A DNA stretch of 8,080 nt from PVC group bacterium (GTDB lineage Bacteria > GCA-001730085 > JADFSZ01): contig JADFSZ010000079.1 in the NCBI GenBank assembly GCA_022560555.1, forward strand, positions 1 to 8,080. Reading direction: 5' to 3'. The translations under genes and the position numbers were made by a program. Below the pieces are notes generated by a model that saw only the letters and a list, made by a program, of their open reading frames with translations, did no database searches and had not been told where the DNA came from. Positions 6,970-8,080 of the stretch are shown one piece after another (the first letter of the stretch is position 1; every line of letters starts with the position of its first letter).

Positions 6970-7422
6970 ATGGAAATCCATCCTATTAAAGAATTTATGA
7001 ATAATATGTATTTTTGGGCCGCACTCGCAAGCTGGTTTTTAGCTCAGAGTATTAAAGTCGCCTATAATTGCTACAAGCAGAAGCGGTTTGACTTTAGCTG
7101 GTTTTTGGAAACCGGTGGTATGCCCAGCTCTCATACGTCCGCCGTTACGACGATGACAGCGATGTTTGGAGCGCATTTTGGATTTGCGTCTCCGATTTTT
7201 GCGCTTTCAGTGCTTTTAGCTATCATCACGATGTCGGATGCAGCGGGTGTCCGTCGGGCTGCGGGGAAACAGGCTAGGGTATTAAATCAAATCCTTGATG
7301 ATGTGTCTCATCATAAAAAAGTCAAAGCGAAAAAACTACGCGAACTTCTTGGGCACAGTCCCGTGGAGGTATTTGCAGGAATTGCCCTTGGTATCTTTGT
7401 GGCCATCCTTTTTTGTTCATAA
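6970..7422 (+). CDS. DUF212 / divergent PAP2-family (acid phosphatase / vanadium haloperoxidase-related) integral membrane protein
   Basis: GGMPSSHTS, MSDAAGVRR and GHSPVEVFAG are spread across 3-4 hydrophobic segments, the pattern I associate with the YuiD/DUF212 family. The ORF track starts at a TTG (6946). The ATG at 6970 has AAGGGAG 9 nt upstream, so it is preferred (150 aa). Confidence 0.75.
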   Translation: MEIHPIKEFMNNMYFWAALASWFLAQSIKVAYNCYKQKRFDFSWFLETGGMPSSHTSAVTTMTAMFGAHFGFASPIFALSVLLAIITMSDAAGVRRAAGKQARVLNQILDDVSHHKKVKAKKLRELLGHSPVEVFAGIALGIFVAILFCS

Positions 7423-7434
7423 AGAACCAATGAA

Positions 7435-7463
7435 TTGACCCCTCCACAGAATTATGCTAAAAT
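7435..7463 (+). promoter_or_regulatory. candidate strong sigma70 promoter with extended -10
   Basis: TTGACC (7435-7440), 17-nt spacer, TGcTAAAAT (TG at 7455-7456, hexamer at 7458-7463). It lies in the 83-nt gap after the DUF212 stop and about 43 nt upstream of the next ATG. Confidence 0.55.
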
Positions 7464-7505
7464 TTAATTTAACTAAAAGCAGGTATACTCGTTATTGATC
7501 CGCCT

Positions 7506-8080
7506 ATGTTACGCATGTTTATCACAAGCGCATTTCTCCTAAGCCTATTTTTATTAACCGGTTTTTCTCCCCGGGATCTCTCAGCAGAGCACTCGGCCAA
7601 TGCTCAAAACTTTCCTGAAACTTCTCGTAAACTCGAGCAGGACGGTATCATGTACAATAAAGGTCTTTATGCCATAGAAGAGGGGAAGACAGATAAGGCC
7701 ATGACGATTTTTCAGGCTCTTATTGCCGAGTTTCCGCAAGGCCGGTATACGTCTAACGCTAAATATGAACGTGCGCGTATTTATCGAAAAAACGGAAATA
7801 TTTCTAAGGCGGCACAGGACTTAAAAGAGGTTATTGACCTCCCCTTATCACGTAAAACAGTCCCGGCCATGTTCGAGCTTGCTAAGATATACGAAAGTCA
7901 GAAAAAATATTCCGACGCATTGGGCTTGTATAAGAGGATCATTGAAGATCATCCGAATTCGGAAAATATTACCGTGGCCATTCACAAAAGAAATGAGGTG
8001 AACACAATTTTGTTATTTTCGAAATATCCGGCTTCCTTCAGCTTTGAATATACTGTGAATCCGGGAGATTCTCTTTATAA
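7506..8080 (+). CDS. 3'-truncated CDS (runs off the right edge; absent from the ORF track): secreted TPR-like (YbgF/BamD-style) repeat protein with the start of a LysM domain
   Basis: Hand translation gives 191 codons with no stop: MLRMFITSAFLLSLFLLTGFSPRDLSAEHSANAQNFPETSRKLEQDGIMYNKGLYAIEEGKTDKAMTIFQALIAEFPQGRYTSNAKYERARIYRKNGNISKAAQDLKEVIDLPLSRKTVPAMFELAKIYESQKKYSDALGLYKRIIEDHPNSENITVAIHKRNEVNTILLFSKYPASFSFEYTVNPGDSLY. The N-terminus looks like a signal peptide, with no lipobox Cys. There are two or three helical repeats of the A..F..LI..FP....Y type. The terminal YTVNPGDSLY matches the LysM opening consensus (YTVKKGDTL). An in-frame TAA at 7470 fixes the first possible ATG at 7506. Confidence 0.65.
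   Translation, partial: MLRMFITSAFLLSLFLLTGFSPRDLSAEHSANAQNFPETSRKLEQDGIMYNKGLYAIEEGKTDKAMTIFQALIAEFPQGRYTSNAKYERARIYRKNGNISKAAQDLKEVIDLPLSRKTVPAMFELAKIYESQKKYSDALGLYKRIIEDHPNSENITVAIHKRNEVNTILLFSKYPASFSFEYTVNPGDSLY

Overview
This window is a compact, conserved housekeeping region from a low-GC bacterium, dominated by translation and tRNA-maturation genes. I find no CRISPR array, mobile element, integrase, toxin-antitoxin pair or recognisable defence or accessory system, and I will not invent one. Left to right: (1) a 5'-truncated gene for a PHM/DBH-like copper monooxygenase-fold protein (+). (2) A minus-strand block rpsB-tsf-pyrH-frr with overlapping or abutting genes, followed on the same strand by a tRNA-Lys(UUU)/tRNA-Glu(UUC) pair. 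(3) cca (class II tRNA nucleotidyltransferase with HD domain, minus strand). (4) A divergent plus-strand unit: consensus promoter, tRNA-Phe(GAA), tsaE, tsaB and a DUF212/divergent-PAP2 membrane protein. (5) A strong extended -10 promoter driving a 3'-truncated secreted TPR + LysM protein that the ORF track omits because it runs off the edge. The items most worth a second look are modest. They are the bacterial PHM-like domain with an apparently intact copper-ligand set, the roughly 85-aa Lys/Glu-rich tail on ribosomal protein S2 that runs into the tsf start, tRNA-Phe acting as a leader for the t6A genes tsaE-tsaB, and the terminator-less junction where a CDS stop lies 4 nt from a convergent tRNA 3' end. 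All product calls rest on motif recognition by eye; no searches were run.
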